A DNA stretch of 64,000 nucleotides, from assembly GCA_902464015.1 (NCBI GenBank), contig CABQHM010000001.1, forward strand, positions 91,244 through 155,243, in the 5' to 3' direction. The notes beneath the pieces were generated by a model. The model was given only the letters and a program-made list of their open reading frames with translations, made no database searches and was not told where the DNA came from. The DNA comes from an uncultured Coriobacteriales bacterium. GTDB taxonomy: Bacteria; Actinomycetota; Coriobacteriia; Coriobacteriales; UMGS124. Of this stretch, positions 50,789 to 60,035 are shown piece by piece. The position numbers and the translations under genes are program-made. Position 1 is the first letter of the stretch, and every line of letters begins with the position of its first letter.

Positions 50789-53008
50789 CTACTCCTTCGG
50801 CTCGGCAGGCTCGGCCGCGCCCTGCTCGCCGGCGCCGCCGGGCAGAACCTCGAGCTGGTCCTTGATCGAGGAGCGCTTGGGGGCGGCAGCGCAGACGATG
50901 CCGATGGTCATGACGATGAAGCCCGCCCACACAAGCGAGATCATGGGGTTGATGCGCGCGTTGACGATGTAGCCCGAGGAGCTGTAGCCCTGGTAGGACA
51001 CGAAGAGGTCCTCGAAGGGGTTGGAGACGGTGCAGGCGGTGACGAAGGTCTGGCCGTAGTAGCTCTTGGCCGTCCACTCCGCGGGGTTCAGGGTGTCGAT
51101 GACCTGCCCGCCCTTGGAGACCTCGACGGTCACGTCGGAAAGGCGGTTGTTCTGCTCGTCGTAGTGAGCCTCGGTGGCGTCGGTGAGCTTGAGCGTGTAG
51201 GCACCCACGCGGGCCGTGTCGCCCTCGTTGAAGATGTAGGTGCGGTCGGTGATGTACATGGCCGAGCCCACCAGGCCGATGAGCACGATGCCCAGGCCCA
51301 GGTGCGTGAGGTAACCACCCGTCTGAGCAGGGGTCTTGGTCACGATGCCGGCAATCGCGCGGGGCAGGCTCTCGCCCTTGTTGTTCATGCGGGCACGCAC
51401 GCCGCGCACGACCAGGTAGGCGGAGTCGGCGACAAGAAGCGAGCCCACGAGCATGGCGATGACCGCAAGGCCGTTGTAATACCAGGCAGGACCCATGTTC
51501 TGCAGGTCGGCGGCGGCGACGGTGTCGGCCTGGGAGAGGTTGGCCTCATAGGCGGGCAGCAAGTTGAAGGCCCAGTGGCCGATGAGCGCCACAGCGAGCA
51601 CGGCCGCGATGATGAGGGGCAGGCGCATGTTGGACCAGAACTGCTTGCCGTCGGTCTTCTTCCACATGAGGAAGGGGCACACGGCAGCCAGGGCGCACAG
51701 GATGACGCCCAGAGGACGGGCGACCGTCTCGTAGGCACCCGTGCCGATGGTGAGGCCACCGGCGGGCAGCCAACTAGGCAGGGCGCTCGACACCGTGAGG
51801 TAGGCAAGCAGGATGCCGGCGAACACCATGACGAGGTTCGTGAGGTAGTACGAACCGTTCTTGGAGACGACCTTCTCGATGTCGTCGGAGCTCTGGAAGC
51901 TCTGGCGACGCATGATCCAGGCAACGAGCAGGACGATCAGGGCGCCGAGCATGACGGCGAGGAACAGGTAGAGCGACACGGGGTCGTTGTCGAAGGCATG
52001 GACCGACTCGACGAGGCCCGAGCGGGTGATGAACGTGCCGAGCACGACAAAGACGAACGTGAGGGTGGCGGTGAAGACGGCCCAGCCCTTCATCATGTTG
52101 CGACGACGGTACACGGTGAAGGTGTGAATCATAGCGACGGCGACAAGCCAGGAGAGAAGCGAGGCGTTCTCGACCGGGTCCCAGCCCCAATAGCCGCCCC
52201 AACCCAGGCAGACGTAAGCCCACACGGCACCCAGACCGATGCCGGCGGTGAGGAAGATGAAGGAGAACAGGGCGATGCGCTGGCAAAGCTCAACCCAGCG
52301 CTTGGAGGGGTCGTTGCACACGAGGGCCGCGATGGCATAGGCGAACGGCACAGTCATGCCGGCGTAGCCGATGAACAGCGTCGGCGGATGGATGGCCATG
52401 GCCCAGTGCTGCAGCAGCGGGTTCATGCCCCAGGCAGTTGCCTGGCCGACAAGGGCGCCGGTGGTCTCGTCGATGTAGGCGCGGTCAGTGAGAATGAAGG
52501 GGTTGTTGCCCGAGCTGAACAGCATGACGGCAATGAAGAGCAGAAGGACGGACATGATGACGACGAGCGCGACATCGGAAAGGTGCTCGGGGTGCCTGTG
52601 ACGACGCCAAGCAACGTAGCCAGCAAAGGCGCTGATGAGAAACGCCCAGGTGAGAAGCGAGCCGGCGCGTCCCGCCCACAGGCCGGCGAGCTGGTAGAAC
52701 CAGAAGAGCGAGCCCGTGTCGGTGGGATACTGGGTGGCGACGTAATACAGGGCGACGTTATGCGTGAAGAAGCCCTCGACGATGATGCCGCAGGCCAGAA
52801 GCAGGGCGAACATGGCGACGAAAACGCAGATGCGACCCACGCGCAGGGAAGCGGCGTCCTTCGACGCGCCGGCCTTGGCCACGCCTTTACCAGCGGGCTT
52901 GCCGGCCTTGAGGTGACCTGCAATCAGCAAGACGATGGCACCGATGGTGGCCGCGAAGGCAACCCACAGCGCCCCCGCGCCAATGGCGCCCATAGCATAC
53001 GAAACCAT
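50789..53008 (-). CDS. ccmF: Cytochrome c-type biogenesis protein CcmF (haem lyase/haem handling)
   Basis: WGGYWGWDPVENASL WWD motif and about 15 TM helices. ATG at 53008 with AAGGAGAGG 7 nt upstream; the track start is a TTG at 53014. Confidence 0.9.
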   Translation of the reverse strand: MVSYAMGAIGAGALWVAFAATIGAIVLLIAGHLKAGKPAGKGVAKAGASKDAASLRVGRICVFVAMFALLLACGIIVEGFFTHNVALYYVATQYPTDTGSLFWFYQLAGLWAGRAGSLLTWAFLISAFAGYVAWRRHRHPEHLSDVALVVIMSVLLLFIAVMLFSSGNNPFILTDRAYIDETTGALVGQATAWGMNPLLQHWAMAIHPPTLFIGYAGMTVPFAYAIAALVCNDPSKRWVELCQRIALFSFIFLTAGIGLGAVWAYVCLGWGGYWGWDPVENASLLSWLVAVAMIHTFTVYRRRNMMKGWAVFTATLTFVFVVLGTFITRSGLVESVHAFDNDPVSLYLFLAVMLGALIVLLVAWIMRRQSFQSSDDIEKVVSKNGSYYLTNLVMVFAGILLAYLTVSSALPSWLPAGGLTIGTGAYETVARPLGVILCALAAVCPFLMWKKTDGKQFWSNMRLPLIIAAVLAVALIGHWAFNLLPAYEANLSQADTVAAADLQNMGPAWYYNGLAVIAMLVGSLLVADSAYLVVRGVRARMNNKGESLPRAIAGIVTKTPAQTGGYLTHLGLGIVLIGLVGSAMYITDRTYIFNEGDTARVGAYTLKLTDATEAHYDEQNNRLSDVTVEVSKGGQVIDTLNPAEWTAKSYYGQTFVTACTVSNPFEDLFVSYQGYSSSGYIVNARINPMISLVWAGFIVMTIGIVCAAAPKRSSIKDQLEVLPGGAGEQGAAEPAEPKE

Positions 53009-53029
53009 CTTCAAACCTCTCCTTATGAG

Positions 53030-53704
53030 TTACTCGGACTGCACGGAAGCGTCGAGCGCGACATCGGTGGCGACGAACGTCTCGCCGTCGGCGTCCAGAG
53101 CGCCGCTCACCACGACCGCGCTGCCATCCTCCATGCCTTCGGGCAGAGCATCCTTATAGTTGACATTGAGACTTGAACCCTGGGAGTTCACGACGAAACG
53201 CACGTCCTGGGACGCGGCGGCGATGGAGCCCTCGGTGACGTAGCCGGCAAGCTTGACGTCGACACCGACGTAGCTTGCGGGAGAAGCGGCGATGACGGCA
53301 GCCGTGACCGCGCCCTCGGCGCTTTCGTACTTGGAGGGACACTTGGTGGCAAGCTCGGAGCACAGCAGCGTGCCGTCCTGCAGGGTGCCCGTGCAGATGG
53401 CAGTCACGCCCGTGCCGAACGAGGAGGGCATGCCCTTGCCGTAGATGACCTCGAGCTCGGCATTGGAGCCTTCCTCGGAGCCGGCAATCTTAAAGATGCA
53501 GTTCGTTCCCTCGGTGGCGTACGAGTCCTTGACGACAGGGCCGGACACCTGGATCTTCTTGCCCTCGTAATCGCCCGAGACAGCCTGCTCCACCGTGAGC
53601 GTGGCGGCAGCCGCACCGCCTCCCAGCACAGCGAACAGCGCGAGGGCGACAACGACGATCACGAGTCCCACAACGATGAGGCGTTTTTTGGCTGCTTTGT
53701 TCAT
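53030..53704 (-). CDS. ccmE: Haem chaperone CcmE, tandem-OB variant with a Cys-type (CxxxY) haem-binding motif
   Basis: N-terminal TM anchor. OB domain 1 GKKIQVSGPVVKDS..LEVIYGKGMPSSFGTGVTAICTGTL ends in KCPSKY (TGTCCCTCCAAGTAC at 53341-53327). A second OB-like copy, GVDVKLAGYVTEGS..LNVNYKDALPEGMEDGSAVVVSGAL, lacks a haem motif. Confidence 0.8.
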   Translation of the reverse strand: MNKAAKKRLIVVGLVIVVVALALFAVLGGGAAAATLTVEQAVSGDYEGKKIQVSGPVVKDSYATEGTNCIFKIAGSEEGSNAELEVIYGKGMPSSFGTGVTAICTGTLQDGTLLCSELATKCPSKYESAEGAVTAAVIAASPASYVGVDVKLAGYVTEGSIAAASQDVRFVVNSQGSSLNVNYKDALPEGMEDGSAVVVSGALDADGETFVATDVALDASVQSE

Positions 53705-53869
53705 ATGAAAAAGCCCTCCCTCTCCACGTAGAGCAGATACATGCATTCAAAACAGCATGGTACCTGCCCGCCATGGGAAGGAAAGGCTTGAAAGGCTTTG
53801 TTGTGAAAATGCAACTTTTAAAACGATGAGCTACTCAGCTGCGAGAAATGGGCAACGAGCTGCGGATTC

Positions 53870-54475
53870 CTAACGCGCGGCAATGGAAGGGATGGCAGCG
53901 CGCAGGGCCCAGGCAACCAGCACGGCGGCAACGCACTTGAGCACGTCGGGCAGGATGAAGGGAACGACGCAGACGCCCAGCACATAGCCGAGCTCGACCG
54001 AGGTGCCGGCCAGGGCGCTCACCGCGATGAAGTGAGCGGTGCCGATGGCGTAGCACACGACAACGGTGGCCACGCAGGCAACGACGTCAGAGGCGATGCG
54101 GCGCGGCTTGCCGGCGCGGGCGGGATCGCCCAGAACCAGACGGCGCAGCAAGGCGCCCAGAAACGCCGAGACGACGAAGCCGTAGAGGTAGCCGCCTGTG
54201 ACACCGCAGAGCTTGGCAAAGCCGCCGGCGGCACCGGAGAACACCGGCAGGCCCACAAGGCCGAGGAGGATGTAGCCGGCAAGGGCGATAAAAGCCTGGC
54301 GCGGGGTGAAGATGAGCGAGGCGAGCACCACGACGAGCAGCTGCAGGGTGAAGGGAACTGGGCCAATGGCCACGATGACCTGGGCCGCCACCGCAATGAG
54401 CGCGATGACGACACCGCACTGGGCGATGTCGAGCGTGGAGATGCCGGGCTTGGATACGGCGGCCGTCTGATTCAT
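53870..54475 (-). CDS. bioY: Biotin transporter BioY (ECF S-component)
   Basis: VPFTLQLLVVVLA, LLGLVGLPVFSGAAGG and GGYLYGF. ATG at 54475. Confidence 0.85.
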   Translation of the reverse strand: MNQTAAVSKPGISTLDIAQCGVVIALIAVAAQVIVAIGPVPFTLQLLVVVLASLIFTPRQAFIALAGYILLGLVGLPVFSGAAGGFAKLCGVTGGYLYGFVVSAFLGALLRRLVLGDPARAGKPRRIASDVVACVATVVVCYAIGTAHFIAVSALAGTSVELGYVLGVCVVPFILPDVLKCVAAVLVAWALRAAIPSIAAR

Positions 54476-54541
54476 GCGGGTGCTCCCTCTTCTCATATGG
54501 ACAAACCTCAACGATGCGCTCATGCGCAGGCGTGGAGTCTA

Positions 54542-55387
54542 CTACTCGGGGCGCAGCGAGACCATTTCGGACGTGTAAACAACCTCGACGCCATCGTCGC
54601 GCCTGACAGTGGCGCGGCCCCAGCAGTCCAGGCCGGCGAAGTACCCCGTGCAGACCAGCTCGCCTTCGGGAGAAAGTGCCCTCAAACGGTGACCCAGCAG
54701 GGGGCAGCAGTCGAAGTACTCGTTGAGGATGGGGGCGAGGGGGCCGGCCTGGGCCCTCCCCTGCCGACACGCAAGGTCCCAGGCATCCACACGCGCCACA
54801 ATGCGGCGGCGCAGGAGCTCGGCGACATCCTCGAAGGCAGGAAGCTTCGAGGGGTCTTCAACCAATTCCTCCAGGCACGTACGCGCCAGGGCCTCGGGGC
54901 TCGGGACGGCATCCGTCTCGGGGGTCGCTTGGGCCTGAGGGGCGCTGTCAGCCATGGCGGGGGCCACGTTGACGCCGACGCCGCACACGGCAAAGGTACC
55001 CATGGCAGAAGAGCCAGCCTCGACGAGGATGCCGGCAAGCTTGGAAGGGCCCGCGATGATGTCGTTGGGCCACTTGAGCGCCGCTTGGGCGATGCCGAGG
55101 TCGTCGCGCAGGCAGTCGAGCACGCCCAGGGCGCACACCGCAGGCAGGCCGGTGAAGAAGTGCATGGGCACGCTGGGCCTCAAGACGCATGAGAGATAGA
55201 GGCTGCCGCGCGGCGACTCCCACACGTGGCCACGCCTGCCGCGACCCGCCGTCTGCACACGGGCAGCGACGGCAGAGCCGTGCGGAGCCCCCTCGCGGGC
55301 CGCCTCGCGGGCGTCGTCATTGGTGGAAGTGGTCACATCTACGACCCTGAGCAGGTCGTTTGTCTCGAATTGCGACAAGGTGCTCAT
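54542..55387 (-). CDS. birA: Biotin--[acetyl-CoA-carboxylase] ligase (group I, no HTH domain)
   Basis: QTAGRGRRGHVWESPRGSLYLS (GRGRxGR.W motif), KWPNDI, GILVE. Confidence 0.85.
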   Translation of the reverse strand: MSTLSQFETNDLLRVVDVTTSTNDDAREAAREGAPHGSAVAARVQTAGRGRRGHVWESPRGSLYLSCVLRPSVPMHFFTGLPAVCALGVLDCLRDDLGIAQAALKWPNDIIAGPSKLAGILVEAGSSAMGTFAVCGVGVNVAPAMADSAPQAQATPETDAVPSPEALARTCLEELVEDPSKLPAFEDVAELLRRRIVARVDAWDLACRQGRAQAGPLAPILNEYFDCCPLLGHRLRALSPEGELVCTGYFAGLDCWGRATVRRDDGVEVVYTSEMVSLRPE

Positions 55388-55440
55388 GGGAGCCGCCTTT
55401 CAGGATAAAGTTCGAGTTGAAGGTACAGGTAAGCTCGAAT

Positions 55441-56793
55441 CTAGGCGAGGTTGCCCAGGACGCGCTCGATGTGGCCCACCCGCTGCTCGGCCGGCACGCA
55501 TGCGATGCCCTCACGGGCGCAAAACGCCTCGACGTCGCCCACGAGGTCGCCGAGGGGCACAAGCACAAAGTCGCGCTCGCCGATGAGGGGATGCGGGCAG
55601 GTAAGGCGCGGGCCCGCATGGCGCTCGCCTTCCATCCACAGCAGGTCGACGTCGAGGCAGCGGGGGCCGTTTTTCACCGTGCGCACCCGTCCCGCAGCAT
55701 CCTCGATGCCGAGAAGCGCCTCGATGAGGGCGCGGGGGTGCAGACGGGTAGAGACCTCGACCACGGCGTTGGCGAACAGGTCCTGGTCGCCCAGGTAGGC
55801 AGGCTCGGTCTCGTAGACCCTGCTTGCGGCGACCACTCTGGTCTGAGGCAGAGCGTCGAGAGCGGAGCAGGCGGCCTTGAGCGAGGCCAGGCGGTCGCCC
55901 ATGTTGCCGCCCAGGGCGATGAAGGCACGACGGGCGGGAGCGATGCCCACGCATGCCTCCAGGCAACGCAGGGCCTGAGCGCTGGTGCGCACGTCGTGGA
56001 CACGCACGATGCGGGCACCTGCCAAGGCTGCCGCACACACCACACCGGCCGTTGCCGCATCGCGGGCAACCGCGGGGTTGGACCCGGAGACGGCGCCGAC
56101 AAAGCGCTTGCGCGAGGGGGCACACAGATAGGGATAGCCCAGGCGCGTCATGGCCGAGGTGGCCGCCTGCACGGCAAGGTCCTCGTCGGCGTTCGTGCCA
56201 AAGCCAGGACCTGGGTCAATGCAGATGGAAGAGGGGTCAACGCCTGCTTGCTCAAGCACGTGCGCTTGATGCAGCAGGTACGCCTCGACCTCACGCGCGA
56301 AGCCCTCGGGGTCCTTGCCCGCGTCGGCTCGCGCCTGGCCTGCCAGATAACCCTTGCAGGCGTGCATGGCCACAACACCGCAGCCATACTCAGCGGCAAC
56401 CCGCACCATCTCGGGGTCCTCGAAGCCCGAGACGTCGTTGAGGATGTGCGCGCCTGCGTCAAGCGCGGCTCGCGCGACACCTGGATGGCGCGTGTCCACC
56501 GAGACGAGCACGCCGCGTGCCGCAAGGGCCTCGACCACAGGGACGACGCGGGCAATCTCCTCGTCCTGCCCCACCGGCGTAAAACCGGGGCGGGTGGACT
56601 CGCCGCCCACGTCGATGAGATCGGCACCGTCGTCGAGCATCTTGTCGGCCCAGGCGAGCGCCTCGGCAAGGGAGTCGTGCGCGCCGCCGTCGCTGAAGGA
56701 GTCGGGCGTCACGTTGAGCACTCCCATGATGCGGGTGCGCCCCAAGTCAAGCACGCGACTGCCACAGCGCCACTCTTGTGCCAGCTCAGCCAT
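55441..56793 (-). CDS. folP: Fused dihydropteroate synthase / 6-hydroxymethyl-dihydropterin pyrophosphokinase (FolP-FolK)
   Basis: N-terminus: IMGVLNVTPDSFSDGG, DVGGESTRPG, DPGPGFG. C-terminus: AFIALGGNMGDR, YETEPAY, GPRCLDVDLL and HPLIGERDFVLVPL. Confidence 0.85.
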   Translation of the reverse strand: MAELAQEWRCGSRVLDLGRTRIMGVLNVTPDSFSDGGAHDSLAEALAWADKMLDDGADLIDVGGESTRPGFTPVGQDEEIARVVPVVEALAARGVLVSVDTRHPGVARAALDAGAHILNDVSGFEDPEMVRVAAEYGCGVVAMHACKGYLAGQARADAGKDPEGFAREVEAYLLHQAHVLEQAGVDPSSICIDPGPGFGTNADEDLAVQAATSAMTRLGYPYLCAPSRKRFVGAVSGSNPAVARDAATAGVVCAAALAGARIVRVHDVRTSAQALRCLEACVGIAPARRAFIALGGNMGDRLASLKAACSALDALPQTRVVAASRVYETEPAYLGDQDLFANAVVEVSTRLHPRALIEALLGIEDAAGRVRTVKNGPRCLDVDLLWMEGERHAGPRLTCPHPLIGERDFVLVPLGDLVGDVEAFCAREGIACVPAEQRVGHIERVLGNLA

Positions 56794-56807
56794 ATCGCAG
56801 CCCTCCC

Positions 56808-57365
56808 CTAGTCGAGAAGCGAGAGGGCGCGGGCCGCAAGGGCGGCGTCATCGGCGAAGACACCACGCGTCGCCAGGGTCACCGTGTGCGAGCCGGGCTT
56901 GGAGACGCCGCGCATCGTCATGCACATGTGCTCGGCGCTCATCTTGACGATGACACCCTGAGGGGCAAGGTTGTCCATCACCGCGTCAGCCACCTGCGAG
57001 GTGAGACGCTCCTGAAGCTGCAGGCGACGCGCAAAGAGCTCCACCGTGCGGGCAAGCTTACTGATGCCGCAGACACGACCCTGCGCACTGGGCAGGTAGG
57101 CAACGTGGGCCACACCGTAGAACGGCAGCAGGTGGTGCTCGCACATGGAGAAGAACTCGATGTCGCGCACGATAACGATCTCGTGGTGGTCGGCCTCAAA
57201 CATCGTGGTGAAGAGTTGGGCCGCGTCCTGCCCCATGCCGCCAAGAAGCTCCGTGCAGGCGCGTGCCACGCGGGCGGGCGTGTCGAGCAGGCCTTCCCGC
57301 GCGGGGTCCTCCCCCATTCCCTCAAGAATCAGGCGGACTCCCTGCTCGATCTTGTTCGAATCCAT
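56808..57365 (-). CDS. folE: GTP cyclohydrolase I
   Basis: [37 protein letters not shown] at 57365. Confidence 0.9.
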   Translation of the reverse strand: MDSNKIEQGVRLILEGMGEDPAREGLLDTPARVARACTELLGGMGQDAAQLFTTMFEADHHEIVIVRDIEFFSMCEHHLLPFYGVAHVAYLPSAQGRVCGISKLARTVELFARRLQLQERLTSQVADAVMDNLAPQGVIVKMSAEHMCMTMRGVSKPGSHTVTLATRGVFADDAALAARALSLLD

Positions 57366-57561
57366 CAAGTGACGACCTCCCAGACGGGCCATGCAGCCGG
57401 CGCGTTTGACGCCTTCCAGCAATTCTCAGCAGAAATGTGCGCCCAATTGTAGCAGTCATGGCCGAGGTCCCCGCCCCGCCAAGGGCTGCTATCATGGCCT
57501 GCGCACACCCAGGGTGCCCTCGCAGCAGCGCGGGGCACGACGAGGAAGGAACGCCCGGGCA

Positions 57562-58344
57562 ATGGAGACACAGAACAAGCCGCTGCGCTTTGTGAGCTGG
57601 AATGTGAACGGCCTGCGTGCCGTGATGAAGAAGGGGTTCGCCGAGCTTTTCGACAGCTTCGACGCTGACGTGGTGGCTCTGCAGGAGACGAAGCTTCAAG
57701 AGCCTGACCAGGAGAAACTCTGCTTCAGGCCCGAGGGCTACCATCAGGTGTGGAACTACGCCGAGAAGAAGGGCTACTCGGGCACGGCCGTGTTCAGCCG
57801 CGAGGAGCCCCGCAGCGTGCGCATGGGGTTCGCCGACGACCCCGACAACGAGGGACGCATCTGTGCGCTCGAGTTCGATCGGTATTGGTTCGTGGACGTC
57901 TACACGCCCAACGCCCAGGAGGGGCTGGCGCGCATCGACTACCGCATGGCGTGGGACAGGCGCTACCGCGAGTTCCTCAAAGACCTTGAGGCCACCAAAC
58001 CCGTGGTCACCTGCGGCGACTTCAACGTTGCGCACAACGAGATCGACCTGAAGAACCCCGGTCCCAACAGGGGCAAGGCAGGCTTTTCCGACCAGGAGCG
58101 CGCAGCGTTCACCGAGCTGCTCGACGCCGGCTTCGTCGACACCTTCCGCATGCTCCACCCCAGCCTCACCGGGGCCTACAGCTGGTGGAGCTACCGCTTC
58201 AAGGCCCGCGAGAAGAACGCCGGCTGGCGCATCGACTACTTCCTCGTAAGCGAGGCCCTGGCAGGCAGAGTGGCCGACGCCTCCATCCTCAGTGACGTCT
58301 ACGGCTCAGACCACTGCCCGGTAAGCCTGGACCTCATGCTGTAG
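57562..58344 (+). CDS. xthA: Exodeoxyribonuclease III
   Basis: LRFVSWNVNGLR, ALQETK, CGDFNVAHNEIDL, WWSYR and GSDHCPV. ATG at 57562. Confidence 0.9.
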   Translation: METQNKPLRFVSWNVNGLRAVMKKGFAELFDSFDADVVALQETKLQEPDQEKLCFRPEGYHQVWNYAEKKGYSGTAVFSREEPRSVRMGFADDPDNEGRICALEFDRYWFVDVYTPNAQEGLARIDYRMAWDRRYREFLKDLEATKPVVTCGDFNVAHNEIDLKNPGPNRGKAGFSDQERAAFTELLDAGFVDTFRMLHPSLTGAYSWWSYRFKAREKNAGWRIDYFLVSEALAGRVADASILSDVYGSDHCPVSLDLML

Positions 58345-58385
58345 GGTCATATTCGCCAAGCACGCACGCCTGCACCATATATACA

Positions 58386-58437
58386 AAGAGGGGCCGACCC
58401 AGCCTTGCGACACGCGCAGGCTCGGCCGGCCCCTCTT
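58386..58437. terminator. Candidate bidirectional terminator between convergent xthA and fbp
   Basis: 11-bp stem AAGAGGGGCCG (58386-58396) / CGGCCCCTCTT (58427-58437) with a partly self-pairing 30-nt interior. Modest T-runs on both flanks. Confidence 0.45.
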
Positions 58438-58461
58438 GTGTGTTTGGCAATTCCCTGGAGC

Positions 58462-60030
58462 TTAGAGCGCCTGGGCGGTATGGCCCATGTCGACGCAAGA
58501 AGTGCGCACGGCATCCAGGCCGGGGAAATCGGCATGGCTCACCAGCGTGAGCTCGTCGCCCTTGCGCACGAGCGTGTAGCCAGCAATGCCCGTGGTCTTG
58601 CGATAGGCCTGGCAGAGGCCTCCATCGATCACGAGGCGGCGGCCCTCGGCACGCACGGGATTCTCGCCCTTGGGCAGCTTCACCGGCGTGTGGCCGTTCA
58701 CGATGCGGCCGTGCACGGGGTCGACCCCGAACTCGGCAAGCACCGACTGGGCCGCATGCGCATCTTCGCGCGTGAGGGCATAGTAGGGATCCTCAGGCTC
58801 GGTCCAGGTGGACTTGTCCTCAAGGTAGGTGCGCTCGAACGTCTTGACGACGCGGCCCGCAAACGTGGACTGCCAGCCGCACCAGAGGTACCCCATCCAG
58901 TCGAGGTCGGTCTGGCGGCGCTCCTCCCAGGCGCGACGACACAGGGCGTCGACCCAATCAAGCAGGAGCCTGCCGGAGCGCGCCACACCAGAGCCGCAGT
59001 CTACCTGGGCAAGCGTGCCGTCCTCGTTCATGGGGACGCAGCCGTGGAAGAGCAGCAGGTCGCCGTCGACCTTGTAGACCGAACCGTGGTCGTAGAGCCA
59101 CTGCACCTGCGACTGCAGCCTCTCGCTCGACAGGAACGCCTCGACGAGCCCATCGAGCACCTCCTGCTCGCGAGCCGTGAGCGCAAAGGGGTCGGCCACG
59201 TCGAACGTGGGGAAGTCGCGCGTCTTGAGCGGATAGAGGGCGTCGCCGATTCGCACCTGGCCGGCTTCCAGGTCCATTGCGGCCCACAGGAGACGCTCGT
59301 CCATGTGCCACTCGGGGTGACGGCGCACGGCCTGGCCCTCGCACTTGAACAGGATGGCGTTCATGGCCTTGAGGCACGGCGTGAGCGAGCCCTCTTCGGT
59401 GTAGGTGTCTTCGGCGAACGTGAAGAGGGGCTCCAGATCGATGTCGTAGCCCTCTTCGAACTGCTCGACGTTCATGTACTTGATGTTGTTGCGCAGAAGC
59501 GTCGCGATGCACACGGGGTCGCCGGCAGCGGCGCCCATCCAGCACACGTCGTGATTACCCCACTGCACATCGACGCGAGGGGTGGAGATGAGGGTCGCCA
59601 TGACCTCGTCGCCACGCGGGCCGCGATCCCAAATATCACCGATCAGGTGGAAGGCCCCCGTGCAACGCTGGCGCACATCTTCGGCCAGGTCAACGAGGTC
59701 GTCGACGTCGAGGCCCTCGCACGCGCGCTCCCACTCGTCCTCGTAGGCAAACTCAGGGTAGTAGAGCAGCGTACACACGCAGTCGAGCTCCTCGGAGGAG
59801 AAGCCCTCACCCAAAGTCTGCTCAACAAAGCGACGCACCTGGCCCGAGGCGGAACGCACAAGATGGTCGAACGCCAGCGAGTCGCCGTGGATGTCGCTCA
59901 TGAGCTGCTCGTCAACGGGCGTGCATGCCGCAAGCGCCGCATGCACGCACACAATCGCCTCGGCAAGGCGGTCGGGAGCGATGCAGACAGAACGCTGTGC
60001 GTCGTACGGTTTGAAGGCGGCCTCTTCCAT
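58462..60030 (-). CDS. fbp: Fructose-1,6-bisphosphatase class 3 (Firmicute-type Fbp)
   Basis: HLIGDIWDRGP, QWGNHDVCWMGAA, LLRNNIKY, LLFHGCVP and IVNGHTPVK (metallophosphoesterase core). ATG at 60030 with AAAGGAG upstream. Shorter at the N-terminus than the versions I remember. Confidence 0.75.
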   Translation of the reverse strand: MEEAAFKPYDAQRSVCIAPDRLAEAIVCVHAALAACTPVDEQLMSDIHGDSLAFDHLVRSASGQVRRFVEQTLGEGFSSEELDCVCTLLYYPEFAYEDEWERACEGLDVDDLVDLAEDVRQRCTGAFHLIGDIWDRGPRGDEVMATLISTPRVDVQWGNHDVCWMGAAAGDPVCIATLLRNNIKYMNVEQFEEGYDIDLEPLFTFAEDTYTEEGSLTPCLKAMNAILFKCEGQAVRRHPEWHMDERLLWAAMDLEAGQVRIGDALYPLKTRDFPTFDVADPFALTAREQEVLDGLVEAFLSSERLQSQVQWLYDHGSVYKVDGDLLLFHGCVPMNEDGTLAQVDCGSGVARSGRLLLDWVDALCRRAWEERRQTDLDWMGYLWCGWQSTFAGRVVKTFERTYLEDKSTWTEPEDPYYALTREDAHAAQSVLAEFGVDPVHGRIVNGHTPVKLPKGENPVRAEGRRLVIDGGLCQAYRKTTGIAGYTLVRKGDELTLVSHADFPGLDAVRTSCVDMGHTAQAL

Positions 60031-60035
60031 GGTCG

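Noticed and set aside
53747-53869. AT-richer gap upstream of ccmE, examined for a promoter or regulatory RNA.
   Set aside because: Only weak -35/-10 candidates exist (TTGCAT ... no convincing TATAAT-like hexamer at proper spacing), and there is no clear hairpin for a bioY terminator. This is not enough to annotate.
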